Assembly: GCA_019509785.1 (NCBI GenBank)
Contig: JAEKLQ010000027.1
Coordinates: 25,755 to 89,754, forward strand
Length of the DNA stretch: 64,000 nt
Source of the DNA: Fibrobacterota bacterium
GTDB lineage: Bacteria > Fibrobacterota > Fibrobacteria > UBA11236
Direction of reading: 5' to 3'
The translations under genes and the position numbers were made by a program. The notes beneath the pieces are model-generated. The model did not search any database and was not told the DNA's origin. It was given only the letters and a program-made list of their open reading frames with translations. This document shows positions 9,115 through 21,262 of this stretch, piece by piece. How positions within the stretch are numbered: the stretch's first letter is position 1; each line of letters starts with the position of its first letter.

Positions 9115-10302
9115 TCAGAAACTGCCCCCGGCCCCGCCTCCCCCGAATTTTCCCCCGCCGCCTTGGAAGCCTTCCGGGATTTTGCCTTGCGAAGTCCCTC
9201 CCCCGAAGGAAGCCCAGGCCGCCAAGGCTTCCGCATCCAACAGGCTTCCGCGCGCTTGGCGGCGGCGTGGCTCCGTGCTGAGGCCGAAGCGTGGCGTACG
9301 GAAAGCCCTCAGGCAGGCCCAGGCTACCGCCAACAAAACGATCCCGATCAGGGTCAATCCCGTCTCGACCGGCATCACGTTATGGTAGGCCTTATAGGTG
9401 AGGACCGCCGCGGCGATGGCGATGAGGCCTGCGTCCAGGTAGAGCCGATCTTTCCGCGCCAGGCCCCATGCCACGTAGCCAACGGGAACGGCGAACGTGT
9501 AGGCGTAGAAGGCCCAGGCGAAGGGAAGCGCGGGACCGGCTCCGGACGGAAGCATGGGGTAGCACCATTCCCGCACCACCCAATAATTCCCGGCGGCGTA
9601 GGTGAGGGCGAGGGCCAACAGCCGCAGAGCCGTCCAGATCGGATCCCAAGGGGCGAGGGCAGGGGATCTCAAGGCCCGGCTGCATGCCCAGGCGCTGAGG
9701 GTCGAGTACGCGATCATCGAGAGGGGAAACAGGAATATCCCCGTCATGCCCGGATAACGGCCCGAATCCAGCACGACAAAGGCCAGCGTCGCGTAGCCGA
9801 GAGCCGCCAGCAAGCGATCGGCGTACCGCAGGGCCGCCGTTCCCAGCAAGGCCGCGATGGGCAAAGCGAAGGGGGCATGAAGCGGGCTCCCGTGGCGGTA
9901 ACCGGCGAAGGTAAGGAACGCGCAGATCACGCAGGCCATCCCCGTGTAGCAAGCTGCTTCCTCCACGCCCGCGCGGAAAAACGGCTTGGCCTGGCGCATC
10001 AGCATCTCGGTGGTTAGCAGGCAAGCGATGCCGGATACCAGGAACAGCGTTCCCATACCGGTATCCCCATCCGCGATCTCGCCGGAGAAAAGGAAGAACA
10101 ATCCCAGGGCGGCGGAAACGCAGATAACTCCGAAGAAGAAAAGCCCGATGCGGAAGAAAGGGTTGGGGGAGTAGAAAGGCTGGGGGAAATCCGCCAGCAG
10201 GGTTTCGGCCGCGGGCGTTTCGATATAGCCTTCAGCGGCCCAACGGGAGATTTCCCGGCGGCGCGCGAGAAGGTCCCAATCCTTCCGCTTATAGGCCAGC
10301 AT
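9115..10302 (-). CDS. Polytopic inner-membrane protein with Gly-rich C-terminal tail (DUF2157/DUF4401-like, uncertain)
   Basis: Cytoplasmic N-term (LLARRREISRWAAEGYIETPAAETLL), then 9 or more hydrophobic helices, ending GGGGKFGGGGAGGSF. 14-nt overlap with the upstream membrane protein gene. Confidence 0.55.
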   Translation of the reverse strand: MLAYKRKDWDLLARRREISRWAAEGYIETPAAETLLADFPQPFYSPNPFFRIGLFFFGVICVSAALGLFFLFSGEIADGDTGMGTLFLVSGIACLLTTEMLMRQAKPFFRAGVEEAACYTGMACVICAFLTFAGYRHGSPLHAPFALPIAALLGTAALRYADRLLAALGYATLAFVVLDSGRYPGMTGIFLFPLSMIAYSTLSAWACSRALRSPALAPWDPIWTALRLLALALTYAAGNYWVVREWCYPMLPSGAGPALPFAWAFYAYTFAVPVGYVAWGLARKDRLYLDAGLIAIAAAVLTYKAYHNVMPVETGLTLIGIVLLAVAWACLRAFRTPRFGLSTEPRRRQARGSLLDAEALAAWASFGGGTSQGKIPEGFQGGGGKFGGGGAGGSF

Positions 10303-11271
10303 GTTCCTCCCCGGACGATTCGCTTCCTTGCAGCCCTTTCAGGTTGAGGAATAGCCCGATGGCCCCGGCGCAGGAAAGCAGAAAGTAGAGGAATCCCATC
10401 TCGATGGACGCCCATCCCGAGATGAGCATATGGCGGAAAACCATGATGGTGACGGCAACATAACCGTATGCCACGGCCACCAGAACGTAATAGGCGCTGC
10501 GCAGCCGCCGCGCGTAGACGAAGAGTCCGCCTGCTCCCGCCGCCGCAAGCAGGAAATAGGCGGCTTCCCCGAGGCCTCTATTGGCCGACATCCCGCCAAT
10601 GCAGGAAAGGAAAAGAAGATGCGCCGCGAAGTTGCCGTAGCTGAACGCGAAATGGGGCTTCCAGCCGCGTCGCCCGGAAAGCCAGGACGCGATGCCCCAG
10701 GCTCCCGCCAAGACGAGGCCCGTGAACACAGGTTGATGCGAGTCGAATAGGCCCGCGCGCATGGCCGCGACGGGCGTCACCGCGACCCCCGCCGCCGCGC
10801 ACAGGCCCGCGACGCCGAGTTGCAACACCCCGCGATGATCGAAGCGGTAGGCGAGGAACAGGTAGAAGACGGCGGGCAGGACCAAGGCAATCGCGGTATG
10901 CTCGCCGAAGGGAGAGTAGCGGGCTTGCAGGTATCCGACGAAGGTGCCCGTGAGAAGGGCCCCGAGCCAGAGCGCGTAGTCGGCGCCCGATGCGATGCGG
11001 GGGACGTTTTCCCAGGCAAAGGCGGGCGCGCGCCGGAAGCAGTAGGCGAAGCAAGCGAGGGCCCCCAGGGCGATCGCCGCCAGGATGGCTTGGTGGCCGA
11101 TGGTCCCGATGTTCTTATAGACCAGGATACCGAGCCCGGCGCTCAAGGACAGCACTCCGAGGGACAGGCAGGCGCGCGCTTCCCAGAAAAGGGAGAAGGG
11201 CTTTTCGGCGTCACGGGCTTGGATGCGGGCCAGGAGCCCGTCGGGTAGGGAACCGGTCGGGAAGGCGGTTC

Positions 11272-11275
<4 letters not shown>
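10289..11275 (-). CDS. Polytopic inner-membrane protein (about 328 aa), translationally coupled to mutS
   Basis: Start chosen at MRTAFPTGSLPDG... because its ATG overlaps the mutS TGA (ATGA at 11272-11275). The upstream part of the track ORF lies inside mutS in another frame. Multiple TM helices. Confidence 0.55.
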
Positions 11276-14238
<2,963 letters not shown>

Positions 14239-14250
14239 AGGATTCCCTGC

Positions 14251-14367
14251 GGTGGGTCGATGTTTAGGGTACAGGGTACAGGGTTAAGGGTATCGGCGCC
14301 GAGGCGCCGGTGGGTCGATCCCTCTAGATCTTAACCCTGTACCCTGTACCCTTAACCCTGTACCCTT
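14251..14367. repeat. Structured intergenic element: inverted arrays of GGGTACA/GGGTTAA heptamers flanked by GGTGGGTCGAT direct repeats (copy 1)
   Basis: Left arm GGGTACA GGGTACA GGGTTAA GGGTAT (14267-14293). Central CGGCGCCGAGGCGCCG palindrome. Right arm is five complementary heptamers (14331-14367). Fills the whole scpB-mutS spacer. A related copy lies at 55874..55973. Confidence 0.8.
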
Positions 14368-14369
14368 CT

Positions 14370-15170
14370 TCATTCCAATTGATCCAAGGACATTTGCTCC
14401 CCGTCCGGTTCCTGTTGCTCGATTTCGATGACCGTCCCATCCTGCCCGATCTGCGGGATCAGGGCTTGGGCGTTCACGATGGCCTCGAACTCGGTCAAGC
14501 GCGGCAAATCGTCGGGGACGCGGTTCACGCCGAAATAGCGCATGAACTCGCGGGTAGTGGAATAGGTGAAGGCGCCGCCCATGGCGTCGGTCCGACCGTT
14601 CACGTCCACCAGCTTCTTCTCCAGCAGGCTTTTCATGCAACCGTCCACGTTCACGCCGCGGATGGCTTCGATCTCGGCCTTGGTGATGGGCTGCTTATAG
14701 GCGATGATGGCCAAGGTCTCCAGGCTGGCCTGGGACAGCCGGCGGGGATTGCTTTCCTTGAACAGCTTGCGCACCCAGGGATAGTATTGCGTGCGCGTAC
14801 GCATGCGGAAGGTGCCGTCCACTTCCATGATTTCGTAGGGTTGCCCTTGCGCTTCGAAGTCCTTGTTGGCCTGTTTCATGAGGCGCCGCAGGGACGCCAG
14901 GTCCCAATCATCGCCCATGATTTCCTTCAAGGAGCGCCCGCTCAGGTATTCGTTGCTGGCGAAAAGCAAAGCCGAAAGGAGTTTGGCGGGCTCCGGCGTC
15001 CAGGCCGATTCGACTTCTTCGCCTTCCGCCTCGCCGACGGTATCCAGCGCGGATGAAGCGGGCGCGGCTTCCGCATCGACCGCGATTTCTTCCGTTGGGG
15101 ATGCAGGCGCGCTCTCGGCCGCCGGCGTTACCGGGGTCTCGTCTTGGGAATGGTCTTCGGGAAGATTCAA
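14370..15170 (-). CDS. scpB: Segregation and condensation protein B (ScpB)
   Basis: Conserved ScpB core (LLFASNEYLSGRSLKEIMG...LETLAIIAYKQPITKAEIEAIRGVNVDGCMKSLLEKKLV) with acidic N-terminal extension. Confidence 0.9.
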   Translation of the reverse strand: MNLPEDHSQDETPVTPAAESAPASPTEEIAVDAEAAPASSALDTVGEAEGEEVESAWTPEPAKLLSALLFASNEYLSGRSLKEIMGDDWDLASLRRLMKQANKDFEAQGQPYEIMEVDGTFRMRTRTQYYPWVRKLFKESNPRRLSQASLETLAIIAYKQPITKAEIEAIRGVNVDGCMKSLLEKKLVDVNGRTDAMGGAFTYSTTREFMRYFGVNRVPDDLPRLTEFEAIVNAQALIPQIGQDGTVIEIEQQEPDGEQMSLDQLE

Positions 15171-15207
15171 CTTTGGGATTCCTCGTCCTGGCGGCCGGGT
15201 AGGCGCC

Positions 15208-16434
15208 TCAATCTTCGTCCTCGGGAATGTCGGAGGTGACCTCGCCGGAAGATGCTTCGCGCATCCGTTTCATCAGGTCCCTCAGGGCGGCATCGGCGAT
15301 GGGATCCGGAGCGTCCGGCTCGCTGGCAGGCCGGGAGTCCATAGGGGCCTTAGCCGTCGCGGCAAGCGTTGCGTCGCCGGTTTCCCCGCTGGCTGTTTCC
15401 AAGGGGCCGGCTTCGCCGTTGGCGGCTTCCGAAGGGATATCGTTGCCGTTGGCGCCTTCCGCGACCGCAGCTTCCGGCCCCGCGGTTTCCGCGCCAGCCG
15501 CTTCCGAGGGCTTGGCGTCTCCGGGAAGGATCCCGTTCTCCAAATCCCGCAGTGCCTCTTCCAAGGCGTTCTTCACCGCCCGCTGCTTGATCTGCTCCTG
15601 CACGATCCCGACCAGGCCGGGCTTGAACTCGGGCAAGGTATCGAGCATGGATTCGTCGTGTTTCAGCTCCAGTTCGTAGTCCGCGGCCTTTTGCTTGCGG
15701 TAGACCCATATCGGCCCCATGGCGCGGCTCTGGCGGAACAGGATGCGGTCCAGCTTGGCCAATTCCAGGATGGCCATGAAGGTCACCACCAGCGAGATGG
15801 TGCGCGTGTCGTTGGCGAACAAATCCTCGAACAGGCTGCGGCCTCGTTCGGTCAAGGCGATTTCCACCTCTTGCATGCGGTCTTCGATGGTGACATCGTC
15901 GATTTCGACTTCGTGGACCGGCAGCTTGGGCTTTTGCAGCACCACGCTCCGGAAGGCGGACATCAGGTCGAAAACCCCCGCCTCTTCCTCCAGCTCCGCT
16001 TCGCTCTTCTCGTCGGCGGTTTCCGGGCGGCCGCGGCCATAGGCCCCGAAATGCCGCGATTCATGGTTCCGCAACACGCGGGCCGCTTCCTTGAACTTCT
16101 GGTACTCGAGCATTTGCTGGATCAGCATTTGCCGGTCCAGTTCATACTCCATCTCCTCCAGTTCGTCCTTTTGGTCGGCAGGGAGCAACTCGCGGGCCTT
16201 GAGGCGCATCAGGCGGGCGGCCATCACCAGGAATTCCCCTGCATTGGACAGGTTCATTTCCTTGATGCCGTCCATATAGGCCAGGTATTGATCGGTGATG
16301 ACGCTGATTTGGATCTGGCGGGGGTCCAGCTCGTTCTTCTGGACCAGGTACAATAACAGATCGAGGGGGCCTTCGAAAACCCCCAGCTTCACCTCGTATT
16401 CGGTTTCGATAATCTGTTTGCTTGGCAAGGACAT
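15208..16434 (-). CDS. scpA: Segregation and condensation protein A (ScpA) with acidic C-terminal extension
   Basis: YEVKLGVFEGPLDLLLYLVQKNELD kleisin N-motif. Start taken at MSLPSKQ (16434). An alternative ATG at 16461 adds 9 aa. Confidence 0.85.
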   Translation of the reverse strand: MSLPSKQIIETEYEVKLGVFEGPLDLLLYLVQKNELDPRQIQISVITDQYLAYMDGIKEMNLSNAGEFLVMAARLMRLKARELLPADQKDELEEMEYELDRQMLIQQMLEYQKFKEAARVLRNHESRHFGAYGRGRPETADEKSEAELEEEAGVFDLMSAFRSVVLQKPKLPVHEVEIDDVTIEDRMQEVEIALTERGRSLFEDLFANDTRTISLVVTFMAILELAKLDRILFRQSRAMGPIWVYRKQKAADYELELKHDESMLDTLPEFKPGLVGIVQEQIKQRAVKNALEEALRDLENGILPGDAKPSEAAGAETAGPEAAVAEGANGNDIPSEAANGEAGPLETASGETGDATLAATAKAPMDSRPASEPDAPDPIADAALRDLMKRMREASSGEVTSDIPEDED

Positions 16435-16581
16435 AGGCGTCTTGAAGATCAGTCGCACCAAGGTAGAAAAGTGGCCGGAGGCCCGCTCCCGCCCGTGCCT
16501 GAAACCCCTCTAAAAACCCCGGAATCCGGAACCGGGCGAACCGCCACGGGGGGATTCGCGACCATATAGGCGAGGGGCCCC

Positions 16582-17778
16582 ATGGCGAAAATGAGGATCG
16601 GAAAATCATCCCGGCGGGCCGTGCTCGCGACCGGTTGCCTCGCGGCGCTGGGGCTGGCCCTGCTCCCGCCCCAGGCGCGGGCGGAGACTCCCGCCGTGGC
16701 GACTTGGTTCGATGCCTTAGGATCGCCCTATGGAGGCTGCGGGGTCCCCCAGGATTTGCTGGAGACCCAGGACTTCGTGGCCCTCAACGTGTACAACACG
16801 CCGGGAAATTATTCCAGCTCGCCGGCCCGGCCTTTGACCGGGTCCGATCTGGCCGTCATCGGCGCTTTCGACAATGGGCTCAACTGCGGGCGTTGGGTGC
16901 ACGTGACCCTGGGGCCCATGTGCGACGGCACCAACGACGGCGCGCCCGGCCAGCCCTTCTGCCGCGGGGCCAACGCCCAATGGGTCGACGATGCCTATTC
17001 GGGAGGTAGCCTCGATTTCATCGTGGCGGATTCCTGCGGCGACGGCAATGCCTGGTGCCGCGACAATCCCCGCCACCTCGACCTGTCCAAGCCCTCCCTG
17101 GACCGCTTCCAGAAGGACGGCAAGGTCCTGACGGGCCTCGCTCCCGATCATTGGAACAACCGCGCCATCAGCTGGGATTTCATGGCCGCGCCCGGTTATA
17201 CCGGGGACGTGCGCATTTACTTCCTCAAGGGCGCCATGAAATATTGGCCAGCAATCATGGTCACCCATCTGCCCAACGGCATCCACGGGGTGGAACAATG
17301 GCTGAACGGGGCGTGGGGCCCGGCCGATCGCTACAGCGACATGGGCCAGGGCTTCATCCTCAAGCCGGCCGACTCCTTCCGCATCCGCCTGACCGACGCG
17401 GCCGACAAGCCCGTATTCGGAGGTCGCGAATACACCTTCTCCATGCCCGACGCCTGCGGAGGCACCTGCGGCGCGTCCGCCACGGCCGCCGCCTTTACCG
17501 CGGCGGATCCGGGAGCCCCCGTCCGGCCCGGAGCCGTCGGTCCGGCCTTCCGCCTCACCGTCGCGGCCGGGGGCTTGCGTTTGACGGGGATGGCCTGGCC
17601 CGAGAAGGCGCGCCTGGAAGCGCGCGACCTCCGCGGCCGCCTGGCCTGGGCGGCATTGCTCGATGGCGGCCCCGATCGGGTGCTGCCTTTGCCCGCCTCC
17701 CTTCCCGCCGGCCTCTATCGCGCGGTGCTCAGGATCGGCGGCAACGCCATCGACGCAGGCCTTTTCGCCCGGCCTTGA
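16582..17778 (+). CDS. Secreted expansin-like/DPBB-fold protein with T9SS-type C-terminal domain
   Basis: Signal peptide. YGGCG...CGRWVHVTL...CxD Cys pattern resembles a double-psi beta-barrel (expansin/RlpA-like). Second domain resembles expansin CBM63. C-term LEARDLRGRLAWAAL...LPAGLYRAVLRI resembles a sorting domain. Confidence 0.55.
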   Translation: MAKMRIGKSSRRAVLATGCLAALGLALLPPQARAETPAVATWFDALGSPYGGCGVPQDLLETQDFVALNVYNTPGNYSSSPARPLTGSDLAVIGAFDNGLNCGRWVHVTLGPMCDGTNDGAPGQPFCRGANAQWVDDAYSGGSLDFIVADSCGDGNAWCRDNPRHLDLSKPSLDRFQKDGKVLTGLAPDHWNNRAISWDFMAAPGYTGDVRIYFLKGAMKYWPAIMVTHLPNGIHGVEQWLNGAWGPADRYSDMGQGFILKPADSFRIRLTDAADKPVFGGREYTFSMPDACGGTCGASATAAAFTAADPGAPVRPGAVGPAFRLTVAAGGLRLTGMAWPEKARLEARDLRGRLAWAALLDGGPDRVLPLPASLPAGLYRAVLRIGGNAIDAGLFARP

Positions 17779-17846
17779 TCTCTTTCGACCCATCGAATTC
17801 GATCGATTCCCGCGACTTGGCGTCCGCCAAGATGTATTTTCGGGGA

Positions 17847-18425
17847 ATGAGCGAACTATACGATATCCCGATCCGCAAGGCCGATGGCGGCGAAACCAAA
17901 TTGGACGCCTTCCGCGGGAAGGTCCTGTTGTTGGTGAACGTGGCCTCCAAATGCGGCCTCACGCCGCAATACGAAGGCCTGGAAAAGATTTATAAGCGTT
18001 ACAAGGATCGCGGATTGATGATCCTGGGTTTCCCGGCCAATGAATTCGGCCATCAGGAACCGGGTACGGATGCGCAGATCCAGGAGTTCTGCAGCTTGAA
18101 TTACGGCGTCAGCTTCCCGGTGTTCTCCAAGCTAGTGGTGAAAGGGCCGGGGCAACATCCCTTGTACGCCTATCTCACCCGGGCCCAGCCGCAGGCGACC
18201 AAGCCTGGCAGCCCCATCCTGCGGGTCCTGCGCAAGGCCTTGCATGCGGGCAGCTTCACCGGCGAGGCGGGGGAAATCACCTGGAACTTCGAGAAGTTCC
18301 TGGTCGATCGCGAAGGCGAGGTGGCCGTGCGTTTCTCGCCCGACACCAAGCCCGAAGATCCCGGGCTGATCGGGGCCATCGAGGCCGAGTTGGCGAAACC
18401 GGTGCCGGCCGCTATCCAGGCTTGA
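17847..18425 (+). CDS. Glutathione peroxidase
   Basis: LLVNVASKCGLTPQYEGLE...LGFPANEFGHQEPG...WNFEKFLVDREG are canonical GPx motifs. Only the C-terminal part of track ORF 17055..18425 is real. Alternative ATG at 17832. Confidence 0.9.
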   Translation: MSELYDIPIRKADGGETKLDAFRGKVLLLVNVASKCGLTPQYEGLEKIYKRYKDRGLMILGFPANEFGHQEPGTDAQIQEFCSLNYGVSFPVFSKLVVKGPGQHPLYAYLTRAQPQATKPGSPILRVLRKALHAGSFTGEAGEITWNFEKFLVDREGEVAVRFSPDTKPEDPGLIGAIEAELAKPVPAAIQA

Positions 18426-18584
18426 CTTCGGCCGGCGCGGCCTAATCTCGGCCAGCGCGATGCGGCCGGGTTTCCGGCGACATCGTTTCCTAACGGTTCC
18501 GCAACATCCTTAATCCGATCGAAATCTCCTGAAACGGATCCGTGACGGCCGCGGAAATAAATTCCGTGGCAACCAGGAGATCCC

Positions 18585-20525
18585 ATGATGCGCTTGACCT
18601 ATGCCGCCCTCGCGGCGGCCCTTTCCCTCGCCTCCTCCCCGCATGCCTACGACATCACCGGAAAGGTGATCGACAGCTCCGGCGCCGCCATCGCCGGCGC
18701 TAAGGTCTGGGCCACCGACGATGCGACCTATTCCGTCACCACCGGATCGGACGGGTCCTTCCATTTCGCGCACGCCGCTTCCGCCCTGCGTCCGCAAGGC
18801 CCGGCGCGGGGAGAGGGCTTACAAGCCGTATTCGGGGCCGATGGTTCGCTCCTCGTGCGTTCCCCCAGGACCGCCGTGGTCCGCCTCACCCTGGCGTCCG
18901 TGGATGGGCGGGCCCTCCGCAAGGATACCCCGGTCATGCTTTCCGCGGGCCCCAATCGGCTGGACAAGGTCCTGGGCCCGTTGCCCCGGGGCTCTTACAT
19001 CTTGCTGCTGCGGGGCGATGGCCTTTCGCTGCACATGCGGCTCGCGCAAGGGGCCTTCGCGACCGGCACGCAACGCAATTCCGCGGCCGCCGCCCGAAGC
19101 CTGGGCAAAGCCGCCGCGGCGCTACCCGATCTCAACGGCAAGCCCGGCCTGGCCGCCTCCAAGGATGCCTTCGCGCCCATGCTGTACGTGCCCATGTCCG
19201 ATTCGGAAACGGCGGTGTCCGTCACCCTCAAGAAGCCCATCGCCAAGCCCGGCCACATCATAGTCATCTATCTCGAGAACTGGAGCTTCAACAGCCTGTA
19301 CGGGAAGTTCCCCGGGGCCGCTAACCTCGATTCGGGATATTCCGCCGAGCCCCAGAAGGACACCAACGGCGCCGCCTACTCTTATCTTCCCCGTCCCTGG
19401 AACACCAATAACAACACGCCCGATAGCCTGTATACGGATACCATGCCGAACGCGCCCTTCTCCTTCTTCAAGTACCAGAAGCTCGATGACCAGGTTCCCG
19501 ATCTGGTGCACCGTTTTTATCAGGAGCAACTGCAAATCCATGGCGGCAAGATGGATTACTACGCGCAAGTCTCCAACGCCCGCGGCATGGTCATGGGTTA
19601 CTTCGATACCGATAGCCTGCCGTTAGCCAAGTACGCCAAGGATTACACGCTCTGCGATCACTTCTTCCATTCCGCTTTCGGCGGGTCGTTCCTCAACCAT
19701 ATGTGGTTCATCGCGGCGCGCACGCCGCTCTGGCCGGAAATCCCCGCCAAGTACCGCGCGACCCTGGACGCCAACGGCAACATCGTGAAGAAGTCCGACC
19801 GGACTTTCGCCGATGGCCAAGCCACCCCCGAGGGCTACCTGATTAACACCATCTACACGCACAACACGCCGCATCCGGCCACGGCGGCGGCCGATCAATT
19901 AGTACCCGATCTCGATTTTCCCACCATCGGCGATCGCATGAACGATAAGGGCGTGACCTGGAAATGGTACTCGGGCGGATGGGATTCGGCCGCGGCAGGC
20001 CGCCCGGATTCGAACTTCCAGTTCCATCATCAATCCTTCGCCTTCTTCAAGAACTACGCCGACGGCACGCCCGGTCGCGCTGCCCATCTCAAGGACGAGA
20101 AGGATTTCATGGCCGACCTGAACTCCGGGAACCTGCCGGCCGTCTCCTTCATCAAACCCGTGGGCGACAACAACGAGCATCCCGGCTATACGGACGTCAA
20201 AAAAGGCGAGCAGCACACGGTCGCTCTGATCGAAGCCGTCAAAGCCAGCGCCATTTGGAACGATGCCGTCATCGTGATCACATATGATGAGAACGGCGGC
20301 TTCTGGGATCACGTGGCGCCTCCGGTCATCGACCGCTGGGGCCCGGGCACCCGGGTGCCGGGAATCGTCATCTCCCCGTTCGCCAAAAAGGGGTATGTGG
20401 ACAAGCACGCCTACGAGACGGTTTCCATCCTGAGCCTTATCGAGCGTCGCTTCAGCCTGTTGCCGCTGAGCTCGCGCGATGCCGCTGCCGCGGATTTGAC
20501 GGGAACGATGGAGTTGCCGAATTGA
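18585..20525 (+). CDS. Phosphoesterase-family enzyme (phospholipase C / AcpA acid phosphatase family) with N-terminal CarboxypepD_reg-like and sorting-domain-like modules
   Basis: ENWSFNSLYGKFPG, ITYDENGGFWDHV and TRVPGIVISPF match PF04185-type phosphoesterases. N-term ITGKVIDSSGAAIAGAKVWATDD...GSDGSFHF is CarbPepD_reg-like, followed by VVRLTLASVDGRALRKDTPVML...GSYILLLRG, which is CTD-like. Confidence 0.8.
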   Translation: MMRLTYAALAAALSLASSPHAYDITGKVIDSSGAAIAGAKVWATDDATYSVTTGSDGSFHFAHAASALRPQGPARGEGLQAVFGADGSLLVRSPRTAVVRLTLASVDGRALRKDTPVMLSAGPNRLDKVLGPLPRGSYILLLRGDGLSLHMRLAQGAFATGTQRNSAAAARSLGKAAAALPDLNGKPGLAASKDAFAPMLYVPMSDSETAVSVTLKKPIAKPGHIIVIYLENWSFNSLYGKFPGAANLDSGYSAEPQKDTNGAAYSYLPRPWNTNNNTPDSLYTDTMPNAPFSFFKYQKLDDQVPDLVHRFYQEQLQIHGGKMDYYAQVSNARGMVMGYFDTDSLPLAKYAKDYTLCDHFFHSAFGGSFLNHMWFIAARTPLWPEIPAKYRATLDANGNIVKKSDRTFADGQATPEGYLINTIYTHNTPHPATAAADQLVPDLDFPTIGDRMNDKGVTWKWYSGGWDSAAAGRPDSNFQFHHQSFAFFKNYADGTPGRAAHLKDEKDFMADLNSGNLPAVSFIKPVGDNNEHPGYTDVKKGEQHTVALIEAVKASAIWNDAVIVITYDENGGFWDHVAPPVIDRWGPGTRVPGIVISPFAKKGYVDKHAYETVSILSLIERRFSLLPLSSRDAAAADLTGTMELPN

Positions 20526-20530
20526 TCGGC

Positions 20531-20566
20531 GCGGGCCGCGTTTCCCCGGGACCGGCCCGCATTTTT
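20531..20566 (+). terminator. Rho-independent terminator after phosphoesterase gene
   Basis: GCGGGCCG-14nt-CGGCCCGC stem followed by ATTTTT. Confidence 0.5.
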
Positions 20567-20604
20567 CCCGTGGGTAGATTAAAAATGACTAGTATTTTTG
20601 TCCT

Positions 20605-21201
20605 ATGCGTTCCCCTTATGCCTTCGTTTCGCTGATGATAGCCGCCGCCGCGGCCCTGGCATTGGCCGTGGCCTTGGCCGGATGCTTTCCCGACAGCGCC
20701 ATGTCTCCCATCGAGGTTACCCTGGAACCCTACCTGATGCCTTCCACCTTCGAATTCACCATGGGGCCGAGGATGGTGGGAACGGATGCGGACAGCCAAC
20801 GCATAGACTTCTCCGAGGGGGAGATCGAAGGATTCCGGTTCGAATGGGGATATAGGCAAAGGGTCCGGTTGAACCGCCATCACGTCAGCCACCCGGAGAT
20901 GGATGGCCCCGGTTCCATCGAATACTACCTGGACAAAATCCTATCGAAGGAGGCGGTCCCGGATTGGAGCTTCCGTTCCTTCCCGCTAGACACCGCGAGT
21001 TTGCGGCTCGAAGGGGATACCTTGCGTATCAACGCATACGAGCGCACGATCTTCATACCCTCGGCCCAGGATCGGGCCAGTCTGGCGGCGAAGGGCGGGA
21101 TATTCATGGACCTGCGGGTGCGGCCCCAGGCGGGAGGGTTGGTCGGGGATTCCGTACGGGTTTTGCATTCCGATTCGACCGGCCATTTGGTTCCCGGATA
21201 G
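20605..21201 (+). CDS. Hypothetical lipoprotein
   Basis: Signal peptide with LAGC lipobox. No conserved domain recognised. Confidence 0.5.
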   Translation: MRSPYAFVSLMIAAAAALALAVALAGCFPDSAMSPIEVTLEPYLMPSTFEFTMGPRMVGTDADSQRIDFSEGEIEGFRFEWGYRQRVRLNRHHVSHPEMDGPGSIEYYLDKILSKEAVPDWSFRSFPLDTASLRLEGDTLRINAYERTIFIPSAQDRASLAAKGGIFMDLRVRPQAGGLVGDSVRVLHSDSTGHLVPG

Positions 21202-21262
21202 GCAAAAGGCCGAATCGGCCATGGTCCCGTACTAACGACGGATCCGGAATGCGCTCGACCGG

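Noticed and set aside
14267-14367. Possibility that the GGGTTA-type heptamers are telomere-derived or a CRISPR-like array
   Set aside because: Units are 7-mers in inverted (not direct, spacer-separated) arrangement. No cas genes. The telomere resemblance (TTAGGG permutation) is most simply coincidence in a G-rich palindromic element.
14863-16356. 497-aa plus-strand ORF across scpB/scpA
   Set aside because: Antisense shadow. ScpA and ScpB signatures are on the minus strand.
17055-17846. N-terminal 260 codons of track ORF 17055..18425 (456 aa)
   Set aside because: Arg/Pro-rich out-of-frame overlap of the expansin-like gene. Only the C-terminal 193 aa (glutathione peroxidase) show conserved motifs and start at a sensible ATG after the upstream stop.
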